Notes under the pieces: model-generated | What the model was told of the DNA's origin: nothing | The model's input: the letters and a program-made list of their open reading frames with translations, nothing else | Databases searched by the model: none | Assembly: GCA_041662745.1 (NCBI GenBank) | Contig: JBAZRV010000003.1 | Location: forward strand, 1-32,000 | Length of the DNA stretch: 32,000 nt | DNA from: Patescibacteria group bacterium | Lineage (GTDB): Bacteria; Patescibacteriota; Patescibacteriia; 2-01-FULL-39-33 | Direction of reading: 5' to 3' | Part shown: one piece after another, positions 24,027 to 32,000 of the stretch | How positions within the stretch are numbered: position 1 is the first letter of the stretch | Layout of the letters: every line of letters starts with the position of its first letter | Position numbers and translations under genes: made by a program

Positions 24027-26606
24027 ATGCCTTTAGACGAGGTGCAAAATCCTTATCAGTTTGATTTGTCCCTGTTGTTTTTTAGCATTCCCGATGCGGT
24101 AATTTATGCTGTCGTCGGCATTGTTATTTTTTTGTCGGTTTGTTTTATCGTCTTATTGGCCCTGCGCGCCCTATTTAGATCGCAGAAGCGCTATCCCAAA
24201 GTATTCCAACAGCATATTTTTTTAGTGACTGTGCCGCAACGAGTCAAAGAGGAGGGGGAAAACAAGAAACAACTGTCGGAAATTATCTCGGAAATCGAGG
24301 GCCTCTACGCCAATTTGGGCGGACTTAGGGCATCCAAGGGTTTTAAGGCCTGGTTGTTCGGCCGTTTTGATCATTGGTCGTTTGAAATCGTTTTGGGTTT
24401 GGACGGTCTGATTTCTTTTTATATCGCCGTTCCCGAATATTTAACGGAATATGTCAAACAACAGATTTTTTCCAAATATCCTTACGCGCAGATTGAGGAG
24501 ACCGGTGATTATAATATTTTCAACCAGCAAGGTTTTGCCGCTATCGGTTACCTGAAATTGCTCAAGCAGAATATGTTTCCGCTTTTGACGTATAAGCAGA
24601 TGAATAATGTTGATCCGCTCGTGTCCATTATCAGCGTCTTATCCAAATTCGGCGATAAACAGACGGCGGCCATTCAGTTGGTAATGCGTTCAGCGGTCGG
24701 CGGTTGGCGCAACAAAGGCGTTAAAGTGGCTTCGGAAATGCAACAAGGCAAGGATATCAAGAAGGCTCTGGCCGCGGCCAATCCCGGACTGTTTTCCGGC
24801 TTAAGCAATATTTTCGGTACGCCCTCCGATTGGTTTTTTGCTTCCAAACCCAAAGATTCGGCTAAAGCGCCGGAACAGTACCGTTTGTCGCCCATGGAGG
24901 AGCAAGCGGTTAAGGCGATTGAAGAAAAAGCGTCCAAGGCCGGTCTGGATGTCAATATTCGCGTCGTAGCTTTTGCGCCGTTAGAATCGCAAGCCAATGA
25001 AAATCTCCGGCGTTTAATTGATTCCTTTGCGCAGTATTCCAGTTACCAGTATGCTAACGGGTTTAAAGGCGTAGTCAAGGGCGATGGCCGGCAGTTGATC
25101 CATGATTTTATTTATCGTAATTTTGATGATAAGACGGGCATGGTGCTAAACACTGAAGAAATGACCTCGTTGTGGCATTTGCCTTTACCCAATACCGAAG
25201 TGCCTCGCATTAATTGGTTGACGGCGCGGCGTCTGCCCCCGCCGTTGAATGCCCCGACCGAAGGCGTAATGATCGGTGAAAATGTTTATCGCGGACAGAA
25301 AACGGTAATTAGAATGAAAGATATTGATCGCCGCCGCCATATGTATGTTATCGGTATGACCGGTACCGGTAAATCAACAACCATGGCCACAATGGCGGTG
25401 CAAGATATCCGTGACGGCAAGGGCGTTTGCGTGGTTGATCCGCACGGCGAATTGGTGGAAAACATCTTAAAGTGCATTCCCAAGGAACGCGCGGAAGACG
25501 TGATTTTGTTTGATCCGTCCGATATGGAGCGCCCCATCGGCCTTAATATGCTGGAGGCCTCCAGTTCTTATGAAATGGATATGGCGGCGCAGGAGATGAT
25601 CAATATTTTTTACAAGTTATTGCCTGATCCGGCCATGGCCGGACCGATGTTTGAGCATTATATGCGCAATGCCTTGTTAGCTTTAATGGCTGATCGCGAA
25701 GATCCGGGAACGCTGGTGGAACTGGCTCGCATTTTTACCGATGATGCTTTCCGCAAGAAAAAATTGGAACACGTGACCGATATCCTGGTAAAAGATTTTT
25801 GGGAACGGGAATACGCCATGTCGCAAAAGGGCTCTACCGGCGCGGATATGTTGTCTTATGTCATTTCTAAGACTGGCCGATTTGTGGAAAATGAATTGAT
25901 GCGCAATATCATCGGTCAGTCGCATTCGGGCATTAATTTCCGCGAAGCCATGGATTCGGGCAAGATTTTGTTGTTGAATTTATGCAAGGGCAAAATCGGT
26001 GAAACTAACAGCAGTTTATTGGGTTTAATCGCCGTGGCTAAGTTGCAGATGGCGGCCTTGTCCCGCGCCGACCTGCCGGAAGAACAGCGCCAGGATTTTT
26101 TCCTCTATATTGATGAGTTTCAGAATTTTATCACTGATTCCATTTCTATTATCTTATCCGAAGCCAGGAAATATAAACTCAACCTCTGTTTGGGCCATCA
26201 ATTTATCGCCCAATTGGTGCAGAATAACGATACCAAGGTGCGTGATGCGGTATTCGGCAATGTGGGCAATTTGCTCGTTTATCGCATCGGCGTGGATGAT
26301 TCGGAGATTATCGCCAAACAGTTGTCGCCGGTGGTCAGCGAGTATGATGTGATGAATATTGAAAAGTATAACGCCTACTTCCGCATTATGATTGATAACA
26401 CGGCCATGCCGGCGTTTAATATAAAATGCTATCAGCCAGCCGACGTGGTCCAGGTTAATCCCGAAATCGTCGCGCCGCTAAAGGAATTGTCGCGCCTTAA
26501 ATACGGCCGTGATCGCCAGTTGGTAGTGCGTGATACTATGGAGCGCAGTCAGATCGGCCGGTTGGGTGGAACCAAGAAAGAGGGTCCGGGTGGATTTGAT
26601 TTTTAA
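24027..26606 (+). CDS. Membrane-anchored P-loop NTPase of the TraD/TraG/VirD4 coupling-protein / HerA-FtsK type
   Basis: 859 aa. N-terminal TM helix (VIYAVVGIVIFLSVCFIVLLAL). Walker A is HMYVIGMTGTGKST (25353-25379). Also VVDPHGEL, Walker B FFLYIDEFQNF (DE at 26112-26117), and LCLGHQFIAQL..VFGNVGN. Confidence 0.75.
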   Translation: MPLDEVQNPYQFDLSLLFFSIPDAVIYAVVGIVIFLSVCFIVLLALRALFRSQKRYPKVFQQHIFLVTVPQRVKEEGENKKQLSEIISEIEGLYANLGGLRASKGFKAWLFGRFDHWSFEIVLGLDGLISFYIAVPEYLTEYVKQQIFSKYPYAQIEETGDYNIFNQQGFAAIGYLKLLKQNMFPLLTYKQMNNVDPLVSIISVLSKFGDKQTAAIQLVMRSAVGGWRNKGVKVASEMQQGKDIKKALAAANPGLFSGLSNIFGTPSDWFFASKPKDSAKAPEQYRLSPMEEQAVKAIEEKASKAGLDVNIRVVAFAPLESQANENLRRLIDSFAQYSSYQYANGFKGVVKGDGRQLIHDFIYRNFDDKTGMVLNTEEMTSLWHLPLPNTEVPRINWLTARRLPPPLNAPTEGVMIGENVYRGQKTVIRMKDIDRRRHMYVIGMTGTGKSTTMATMAVQDIRDGKGVCVVDPHGELVENILKCIPKERAEDVILFDPSDMERPIGLNMLEASSSYEMDMAAQEMINIFYKLLPDPAMAGPMFEHYMRNALLALMADREDPGTLVELARIFTDDAFRKKKLEHVTDILVKDFWEREYAMSQKGSTGADMLSYVISKTGRFVENELMRNIIGQSHSGINFREAMDSGKILLLNLCKGKIGETNSSLLGLIAVAKLQMAALSRADLPEEQRQDFFLYIDEFQNFITDSISIILSEARKYKLNLCLGHQFIAQLVQNNDTKVRDAVFGNVGNLLVYRIGVDDSEIIAKQLSPVVSEYDVMNIEKYNAYFRIMIDNTAMPAFNIKCYQPADVVQVNPEIVAPLKELSRLKYGRDRQLVVRDTMERSQIGRLGGTKKEGPGGFDF

Positions 26607-26760
26607 GCGGGAACAACGGTCTATGGCGGGCGACAAGCAACGGGTTCGGTTTATTAAGCAGATCGTTTAGCGCCCGTTATTTAAATCAGCTGAAATTAAA
26701 TTGACTTTACAGTCATTTTTTTGTTATATTACACCCATAATTAATTAGCAATTATCATAA

Positions 26761-28479
26761 ATGAGCAGCGCTTTATACCGCAAATACCGACCGCAGACCT
26801 TTGCGCAAATGATCGGCCAAAATCATATTAAAATCACCCTCCAGCATCAGCTGGAAAGGGGAGAATCGGCGCACGCTTATCTGTTTTGCGGTCCTCGCGG
26901 TTTGGGCAAAACCACCAGCGCCAGACTGTTCGCCAAATCCATCAACTGCGAGAATCGCGTTAACGGCGAAAGCGAGCCTTGCAATACTTGTTCGTCCTGT
27001 TTGGATATCATGGCCGGCCGCAGCGTGGATATCATTGAAATTGACGCCGCCAGCAATACGGGCGTGGATAATGTCCGCGAAAACATCATTGAGAATTCCC
27101 GTTTCACGCCGGTCAAGAGCAAGTATAAGGTGTTCATTATTGATGAGGCGCATATGTTATCCAACGCCTCCTTCAATGCTTTGCTTAAGATTATGGAGGA
27201 ACCGCCGGCTCACGTGTTATTTATCTTGTGTACTACGGAGATTCATAAATTGCCCCTGACCATCATTTCCCGTTGCCAGCGTTTTGATTTTAAGAAAGTC
27301 ACGGCCGAGCAATTATTGAAGCGTTTGCAATTGATCGTTGAGGGCGAGAACAAGAAAATAGAGGAGGAAGTGCTCAAGCGGGTAGTGGTTGTTTCCGAGG
27401 GGTGCGTGCGCGATGCGGAAAGCCTGCTGGCTAAGATTTTGTCTTTGGGCGACGATATAACCTTGGAGCAAGCAGAAATCGTATTGCCACGCAGCGATTT
27501 CCAGATTATTTTGGTTTTTACGGAGTATTTGGCGGAAAAAAATGCCGCCGCCGCCGTGGAACATATTAATCGCCTGATGGAAGAGGGTGTAGATTTGTCG
27601 GTGTTTACGGAAAATCTGTTGGAATTTTTGCGGCAGATGATGCTGATTAAGGTCAATGGCCGCTTGGCGGTTTTCGGCCTGGAATTCAATGATGATTTGG
27701 CGGAAAGCATTAAAGATTTGGCTGATAAGTTCAATTTTGCCGAAATTGTGGAAATGGTAGAGATTTTTTCTGATAAGGCCAAGGAGATCAAACAAGCGCC
27801 AATCATGCAGTTCCCTTTGGAGATCGCTGTCATTAGACTAGTGGAGCGTATTTCTTGCGTTAAGCCGGACAAGGTTGTTTTTGCTACGGCTTCAACTCCC
27901 ATAATCGTTCCCGTTTCGGCATCTGCGGCAACTCCGGCTCGGCCCGCTAATCAGCCGGACGGCAAACCGGACAATTCTATTCCGGCCGTTACCCCCAAAA
28001 AAGACATGCCGGCAGGTAAAACCGAGACAGTAGTAGCCCCGATCGTCAGCCAGCCGACTTTGGATCAAAATGTTTCCCTGTCCGATATTGCCGCTCATTG
28101 GGGGCAGCTTATTAATCGGCTGATTAAGACTAATTTTTCTCTGGGCTCGCTTTTGCGCATCAGCCAGCCATTGTCTTGCGACAGAGGAATTTTGCAGGTT
28201 GCCGTTACCAGCTTGTTTTACAAGAATCGCCTGGAAACCCAAGACAATCAAAAAGTGGTTGAAGATACCCTGCAAGAATTAGCGGGGATTAATATCAGAG
28301 TCAAGGGAGTGGTAGCGCAGACGGTGGTGCCGTTAGAAGTGGCGATTGATTACGGAGATGACTTGGCTGTACCGCCTAATGACTTTTCACCGCCATCGAC
28401 CGAATCGGCGCCCGGAGCCGTTCCGGTTGTTCCCTCAATCAAGCTTGATCCGACAGAGGACGTTCTGAGCATGCTGTAA
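26761..28479 (+). CDS. dnaX: DNA polymerase III subunit gamma/tau
   Basis: 572 aa. YRKYRPQTFAQMIGQ, GPRGLGKTT, Zn module CENRVNGESEPCNTCSSC, IIDEAHMLS, SRCQRF. Pro/Ala-rich linker followed by a C-terminal domain. Confidence 0.93.
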   Translation: MSSALYRKYRPQTFAQMIGQNHIKITLQHQLERGESAHAYLFCGPRGLGKTTSARLFAKSINCENRVNGESEPCNTCSSCLDIMAGRSVDIIEIDAASNTGVDNVRENIIENSRFTPVKSKYKVFIIDEAHMLSNASFNALLKIMEEPPAHVLFILCTTEIHKLPLTIISRCQRFDFKKVTAEQLLKRLQLIVEGENKKIEEEVLKRVVVVSEGCVRDAESLLAKILSLGDDITLEQAEIVLPRSDFQIILVFTEYLAEKNAAAAVEHINRLMEEGVDLSVFTENLLEFLRQMMLIKVNGRLAVFGLEFNDDLAESIKDLADKFNFAEIVEMVEIFSDKAKEIKQAPIMQFPLEIAVIRLVERISCVKPDKVVFATASTPIIVPVSASAATPARPANQPDGKPDNSIPAVTPKKDMPAGKTETVVAPIVSQPTLDQNVSLSDIAAHWGQLINRLIKTNFSLGSLLRISQPLSCDRGILQVAVTSLFYKNRLETQDNQKVVEDTLQELAGINIRVKGVVAQTVVPLEVAIDYGDDLAVPPNDFSPPSTESAPGAVPVVPSIKLDPTEDVLSML

Positions 28480-28526
28480 CAGCCTGCCCTTATCCATGCT
28501 TGCAAAGGGATAAATTAAATATCAAT

Positions 28527-29930
28527 ATGAAACGATCAGAGATTATTATTTCCGCCGGTTTAGTGCCCATTGATTATTTGATGGTGGTTTTGGCCGGCAT
28601 TGCCGGTTATTATTTCCGTTTCTGGGAGCCGATCAGCGCTTATCGCCCAGTGGTTTTTAATCTGCCGTTTCCGTATTTTTTGAGCTGGCTTTGGCTGATG
28701 GCCGTAATTTGGATTGTTACTTTCGCTTTAGCCGGATTATACAATATGCGCGGCACTTCGCGAGCGGTTGATGAGGTATCCAAGATTATTTTGGCTTCTA
28801 CGGCGGCCGTGGCCATTTTGATGTTTTTCTTTTTCTTTTCCCGATCGCTGTTTGATTCCCGCTTTATCATTTTGGCCGCTTGGATTTTTTCTATTGTCTG
28901 CGTGATGTTCGGCCGCGGTTTGATGCGTTTTCTCCAACGCCGCTTGTACGGCTGGGGCGTAGGCATCCATCGGGTGATTATTATAGGCGTTGGCAACGCG
29001 GCCGATGAAGTGGTTAGGGAATTTACGGCTAATCCGCGCGCCGGTTATCGCGTCGTGGACCAATTCAAGAATTTTGATGCGGCGACCGAAAAAGAGTTGT
29101 CGGAACTGAAGTTGACGGACAAGTTTGACGAGATTCTGGTGGCCCGCGCCGATCTGTCAACTGAAATATCGGAAAAGCTCCATGATTTTTCTTATGTCAA
29201 CCACGTGGAGCTTAAGTACATCGCCGATATTTTTGATTTTCCCATTAATAATTTTGTCATTGACAATATTGCCGGCTTACCGGTAGTGGAATTGAAAAAA
29301 ACCAAACTGGACGGCTGGGGCCGGATCGGCAAGCGCTTGTTTGATATGGTTGGTTCGATTTTGTTGGTAGTCATCTTGTCGCCGGTTTTGCTCATCATAA
29401 TCTTGGCGGTTAAGTTAAGTTCGGCTGGGCCATTGTTTTTTACTTACCAGCGCATCGGCGAATACGGCAAGCCCTTTGTTTACTTTAAGTTCCGTACCAT
29501 GATCAAGGATGCGCACAAATTCCGTTTTGACGAGGAATTCATAAAATCGCAGGAAAATGTCCGCGCCGGCACGCCCATGATGAAATTCAAAAACGATCCG
29601 CGCATTACGCCGGTCGGAAAATTTTTGCGGCGCTATTCTTTGGATGAATTGCCGGAGTTGTTCATAGTATTTTTGGGTAAAATGTCATTAGTCGGTCCCC
29701 GGCCGCATGAAGTAGAGGAGGTGGCTAAGTATGAAACTTTCCATAAGCGGGTTCTGTCCATCAAACCGGGCATTACCGGCATGGCGCAGGTGTCCGGTCG
29801 CAGTGATTTGGATTTTGACGAGGAAGTCAGGTTGGATGTGTGGTATATGGAGAATTGGTCAATGAAGTTGGATTTGATGGTTCTATTTAAAACGCCTTTT
29901 GCCATAGTGCGCAAACGTCAGGCGGAATAA
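28527..29930 (+). CDS. Polyprenyl-phosphate sugar phosphotransferase (WbaP/EpsL-like bacterial sugar transferase)
   Basis: ATG 28527 (MKRSEIIIS..) is preferred over the track's TTG 28500. N-terminal TM helices. C-terminal block YSLDELPELFIVFLGKMSLVGPRPH..KPGITGMAQV. Confidence 0.85.
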   Translation: MKRSEIIISAGLVPIDYLMVVLAGIAGYYFRFWEPISAYRPVVFNLPFPYFLSWLWLMAVIWIVTFALAGLYNMRGTSRAVDEVSKIILASTAAVAILMFFFFFSRSLFDSRFIILAAWIFSIVCVMFGRGLMRFLQRRLYGWGVGIHRVIIIGVGNAADEVVREFTANPRAGYRVVDQFKNFDAATEKELSELKLTDKFDEILVARADLSTEISEKLHDFSYVNHVELKYIADIFDFPINNFVIDNIAGLPVVELKKTKLDGWGRIGKRLFDMVGSILLVVILSPVLLIIILAVKLSSAGPLFFTYQRIGEYGKPFVYFKFRTMIKDAHKFRFDEEFIKSQENVRAGTPMMKFKNDPRITPVGKFLRRYSLDELPELFIVFLGKMSLVGPRPHEVEEVAKYETFHKRVLSIKPGITGMAQVSGRSDLDFDEEVRLDVWYMENWSMKLDLMVLFKTPFAIVRKRQAE

Positions 29931-29949
29931 TTTGTTGCTGATTGTTCTT

Positions 29950-32000
29950 ATGATCAAATACGTTTTACATACCGCCTCAACAGTTAAAGATTTTAAAATT
30001 GATTACGCTAAAGATCTTAACGAGGAACAATACAAGGTCGTAACCGATGGCTACGGGCCTTGTTTAGTTTTGGCCGGCGCCGGTTCAGGCAAAACTCGGA
30101 CTTTGGTTTATCGCGTAGTTTATTTGTTGGAACAGGGCGTGCCCGCGTCCAATATCATGCTGGTAACCTTCACCAACAAGGCGGCCAAGGAAATGCTGGA
30201 ACGAATTGAGGTGCTATTGCACGGCGAAGCCAAGGGCTTGTGGGGCGGCACTTTTCATCATTTGGGCAACCGGTTGTTGCGGCTGTACGGCGAGCGCATT
30301 AATATCGCTAATAATTTTACGATTTTAGACGAAGAGGATTCTTTGACCTTGCTTAAGAATTGTTTGAGCCGCAGTAATCCTCCGGAAGACAAATATTTTC
30401 CCAAGGCCAAGATTATCCGCTCCATAATCTCTTTGTCGCAGAACTTGTGCCAGCCCATCCGCCAGGTCATTGCCGAGCGCTATGATTATTTTAAGGATAA
30501 TTATTTGCCGTGCATTTTGGAGACGGCTGATTTATATAGGGAGCGCAAAGCTCAGATTAATGCGTTGGATTTTGACGACCTCCTGATCAAATGGAACGAA
30601 CTGCTGGAACAAGCGCCGGAAATAAAAAAGCGTTTGGGCGAAAAGTTCGTCTACATCCTGATTGACGAATTCCAGGACACTAACGCTTTGCAATCCAAGA
30701 TTATCGCTAATCTGGCCCAGCCCCAGCGCAATATTTTGGCGGTCGGCGATGATGCCCAAAGCATCTATGGTTTTCGGGGCGCCGATGTCAATCATATTTT
30801 GGATTTTCCTCGGCAATTTCTTGACGCTAAGATCTTAAGATTGGAAACCAACTATCGCTCCACGCCGGAAATTCTGGCGCTCGCCGATACTTCCATTAAC
30901 CGCAATGAAGCCAAGTTTGAAAAGCATCTTAAAGCGATCAGGGGCAAGGGCGCCAAACCGGCCGTGGCGGCCTTGACTGACAATTATCAGCAGGCCGAGT
31001 TTGTTTGCCAGAGGCTTTTGGATTTGCAGCGCGAAGATGGCTTGGCGCTGAATGAAATCGCCGTGCTGTTCCGATCGCACTTCCAGTGTTTGGAATTGGA
31101 AATGGAGTTAAACAAGCGGAATATTCCTTATCAGATGCGCGGAGGTTTGCGGTTTTTTGAACAGGCGCATTTAAAAGATATTCTGGCTTATTTGAAAATC
31201 CTGGCCAATTTTCGCGATGAGGTTTCCTGGTTGCGATTGCTTGGCATGCAAAGCGGCATCGGCGAGATGACCGCAGAAAAGATTTGGCGCCAGGCCGCGA
31301 TGTTGGGCGATGTGGGCAAGTTATTGGATTATAGGTTGGAGCTCGGTTCCAAAGCTGCGGCCGGCTGGTCCGCCTTGAAACGCATCTTGGAAAAAATCGC
31401 GAAGATAGACAAAAACGATTTATCCGCGCTGGTAACGGCGATTATTGATTTCGGTTATGAAAAATATTTGCAGGCCAATTATGAAAACTTTCAGGATCGT
31501 TTGGATGATTTAACCCAATTAGTGGAGTTTGTTAAATCTTACGACAGTCTGGAAAGATTTTTGGCGGATACGGCGCTGTCGGAAAATTTTCAGGGCGGAT
31601 CGCGTACCGAGGAGAGGGGAGCGAATGGTGAGCAATTAATTTTGTCTACTATCCATCAGGCCAAGGGCCTGGAGTGGCGGGCAGTGTTTGTAATCGGCTT
31701 GGCGGAGGGCATGTTTCCGCACGCCAAAGTTTATGACAAGCCGGAGGAATTGGAGGAGGAACGGCGATTATTTTATGTGGCTTGCACTCGCGCCAAGGAC
31801 CAGTTGTATTTGAGTTATCCGCTATTCGGCCGCGACAGCATGTTGCATCCGTCGCAGTTTATTAGGGAATTGCCGAGCAAATTATATGATCGCTGGGATG
31901 TGGAAGCGGGCGAGGACGAGGTGATTTATGTGGACGAAGAAGGGGAGCGCGCCCCCGATTCCGGCAAACGGAAGGGTATTTTGGATTTTGATCCGGAATT
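29950..32000 (+). CDS. UvrD/PcrA/Rep-family ATP-dependent DNA helicase (3'-partial, runs off window)
   Basis: Not in the ORF track because no stop is reached. I translated the frame from ATG 29950 by hand and it is open to nt 32000. Motifs: AGAGSGKTRT, TFTNKAAKEM, ILIDEFQDTN, VGDDAQSIYGFRGA, ETNYRSTPEIL, TIHQAKGLEW, YVACTRAK. Confidence 0.9.
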   Translation, partial: MIKYVLHTASTVKDFKIDYAKDLNEEQYKVVTDGYGPCLVLAGAGSGKTRTLVYRVVYLLEQGVPASNIMLVTFTNKAAKEMLERIEVLLHGEAKGLWGGTFHHLGNRLLRLYGERINIANNFTILDEEDSLTLLKNCLSRSNPPEDKYFPKAKIIRSIISLSQNLCQPIRQVIAERYDYFKDNYLPCILETADLYRERKAQINALDFDDLLIKWNELLEQAPEIKKRLGEKFVYILIDEFQDTNALQSKIIANLAQPQRNILAVGDDAQSIYGFRGADVNHILDFPRQFLDAKILRLETNYRSTPEILALADTSINRNEAKFEKHLKAIRGKGAKPAVAALTDNYQQAEFVCQRLLDLQREDGLALNEIAVLFRSHFQCLELEMELNKRNIPYQMRGGLRFFEQAHLKDILAYLKILANFRDEVSWLRLLGMQSGIGEMTAEKIWRQAAMLGDVGKLLDYRLELGSKAAAGWSALKRILEKIAKIDKNDLSALVTAIIDFGYEKYLQANYENFQDRLDDLTQLVEFVKSYDSLERFLADTALSENFQGGSRTEERGANGEQLILSTIHQAKGLEWRAVFVIGLAEGMFPHAKVYDKPEELEEERRLFYVACTRAKDQLYLSYPLFGRDSMLHPSQFIRELPSKLYDRWDVEAGEDEVIYVDEEGERAPDSGKRKGILDFDPE

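Noticed and set aside
26607-26700. Imperfect long-loop hairpin (aacggg ... cccgtt, with an alternative cgggcg pairing) after the 859-aa gene, considered as a terminator or small RNA.
   Set aside because: The stem is only 6 bp with a loop of about 28 nt and a weak T-tract. That is not enough to call a terminator or structured RNA.
27536-27569. An A7 run (G GAA AAA AAT) inside dnaX resembles the A AAA AAG -1 frameshift site that yields gamma in E. coli. The -1 frame reaches TAA after 8 codons (27567-27569).
   Set aside because: The shift would truncate at about residue 268, before the collar domain (domain III) needed for clamp-loader assembly. I see no downstream stimulatory hairpin. It is probably just a Glu-Lys-Asn codon run.
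1-32000. Alternative genetic code (UGA recoding, as in some candidate phyla).
   Set aside because: metK and several other conserved genes terminate at TGA at the expected length. All long genes are uninterrupted under the standard code.
1-32000. CRISPR arrays, tRNA/rRNA genes, IS elements, integrases and prophage remnants.
   Set aside because: No spaced direct-repeat array, no tRNA-like T-arm/acceptor pattern in any intergenic region over 80 nt, and no transposase- or integrase-like ORF. The only repeats seen are the short ones reported above.

Overview
Gene-dense bacterial chromosomal segment using the standard code (UGA is a stop, for example at the end of metK). I support 31 protein-coding genes, one riboswitch, and a set of sigma70-type promoters and intrinsic terminators. 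I found no rRNA, tRNA, CRISPR array, transposase or integrase. Recognisable core genes: metK behind a complete SAM-I riboswitch, an AlkD-like glycosylase coupled to a PHP phosphoesterase, a beta-CASP RNase, an RRM RNA-binding protein, dut, uvrB, a dihydrouridine synthase, corA, dnaX, and a UvrD/PcrA-type helicase. The helicase runs off the 3' edge and is missing from the ORF track. Envelope genes: a GT4-VanZ-GT4-lipid kinase operon, a polysaccharide deacetylase, a polyprenyl-phosphate sugar transferase, and a DUF2207 membrane protein. The first gene is open to nt 1, so it is 5'-partial. The less ordinary content is listed here. (i) A membrane-anchored TraD/VirD4/HerA-like P-loop ATPase with a small partner gene, and no other secretion or conjugation genes nearby. 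(ii) A large secreted lipase tightly coupled to a very AT-rich 4-TM protein. (iii) A TM-anchored nucleoside-deoxyribosyltransferase-like protein whose promoter shares an exact 11-nt motif with the divergent glycosyltransferase operon promoter. (iv) Two tiny tandem genes with duplicated 13-nt translation-initiation regions. (v) A 119-aa orphan gene with a consensus promoter and a perfect 10-bp palindrome at its predicted start site. (vi) A UvrB that lacks the C-terminal UVR domain. The divergent housekeeping proteins, many small orphan genes, RRM protein and reduced repair proteins suggest a small-genome uncultivated lineage (CPR/Patescibacteria-like). That lineage call is inference only. None of the candidate systems can be assigned a function from sequence alone.
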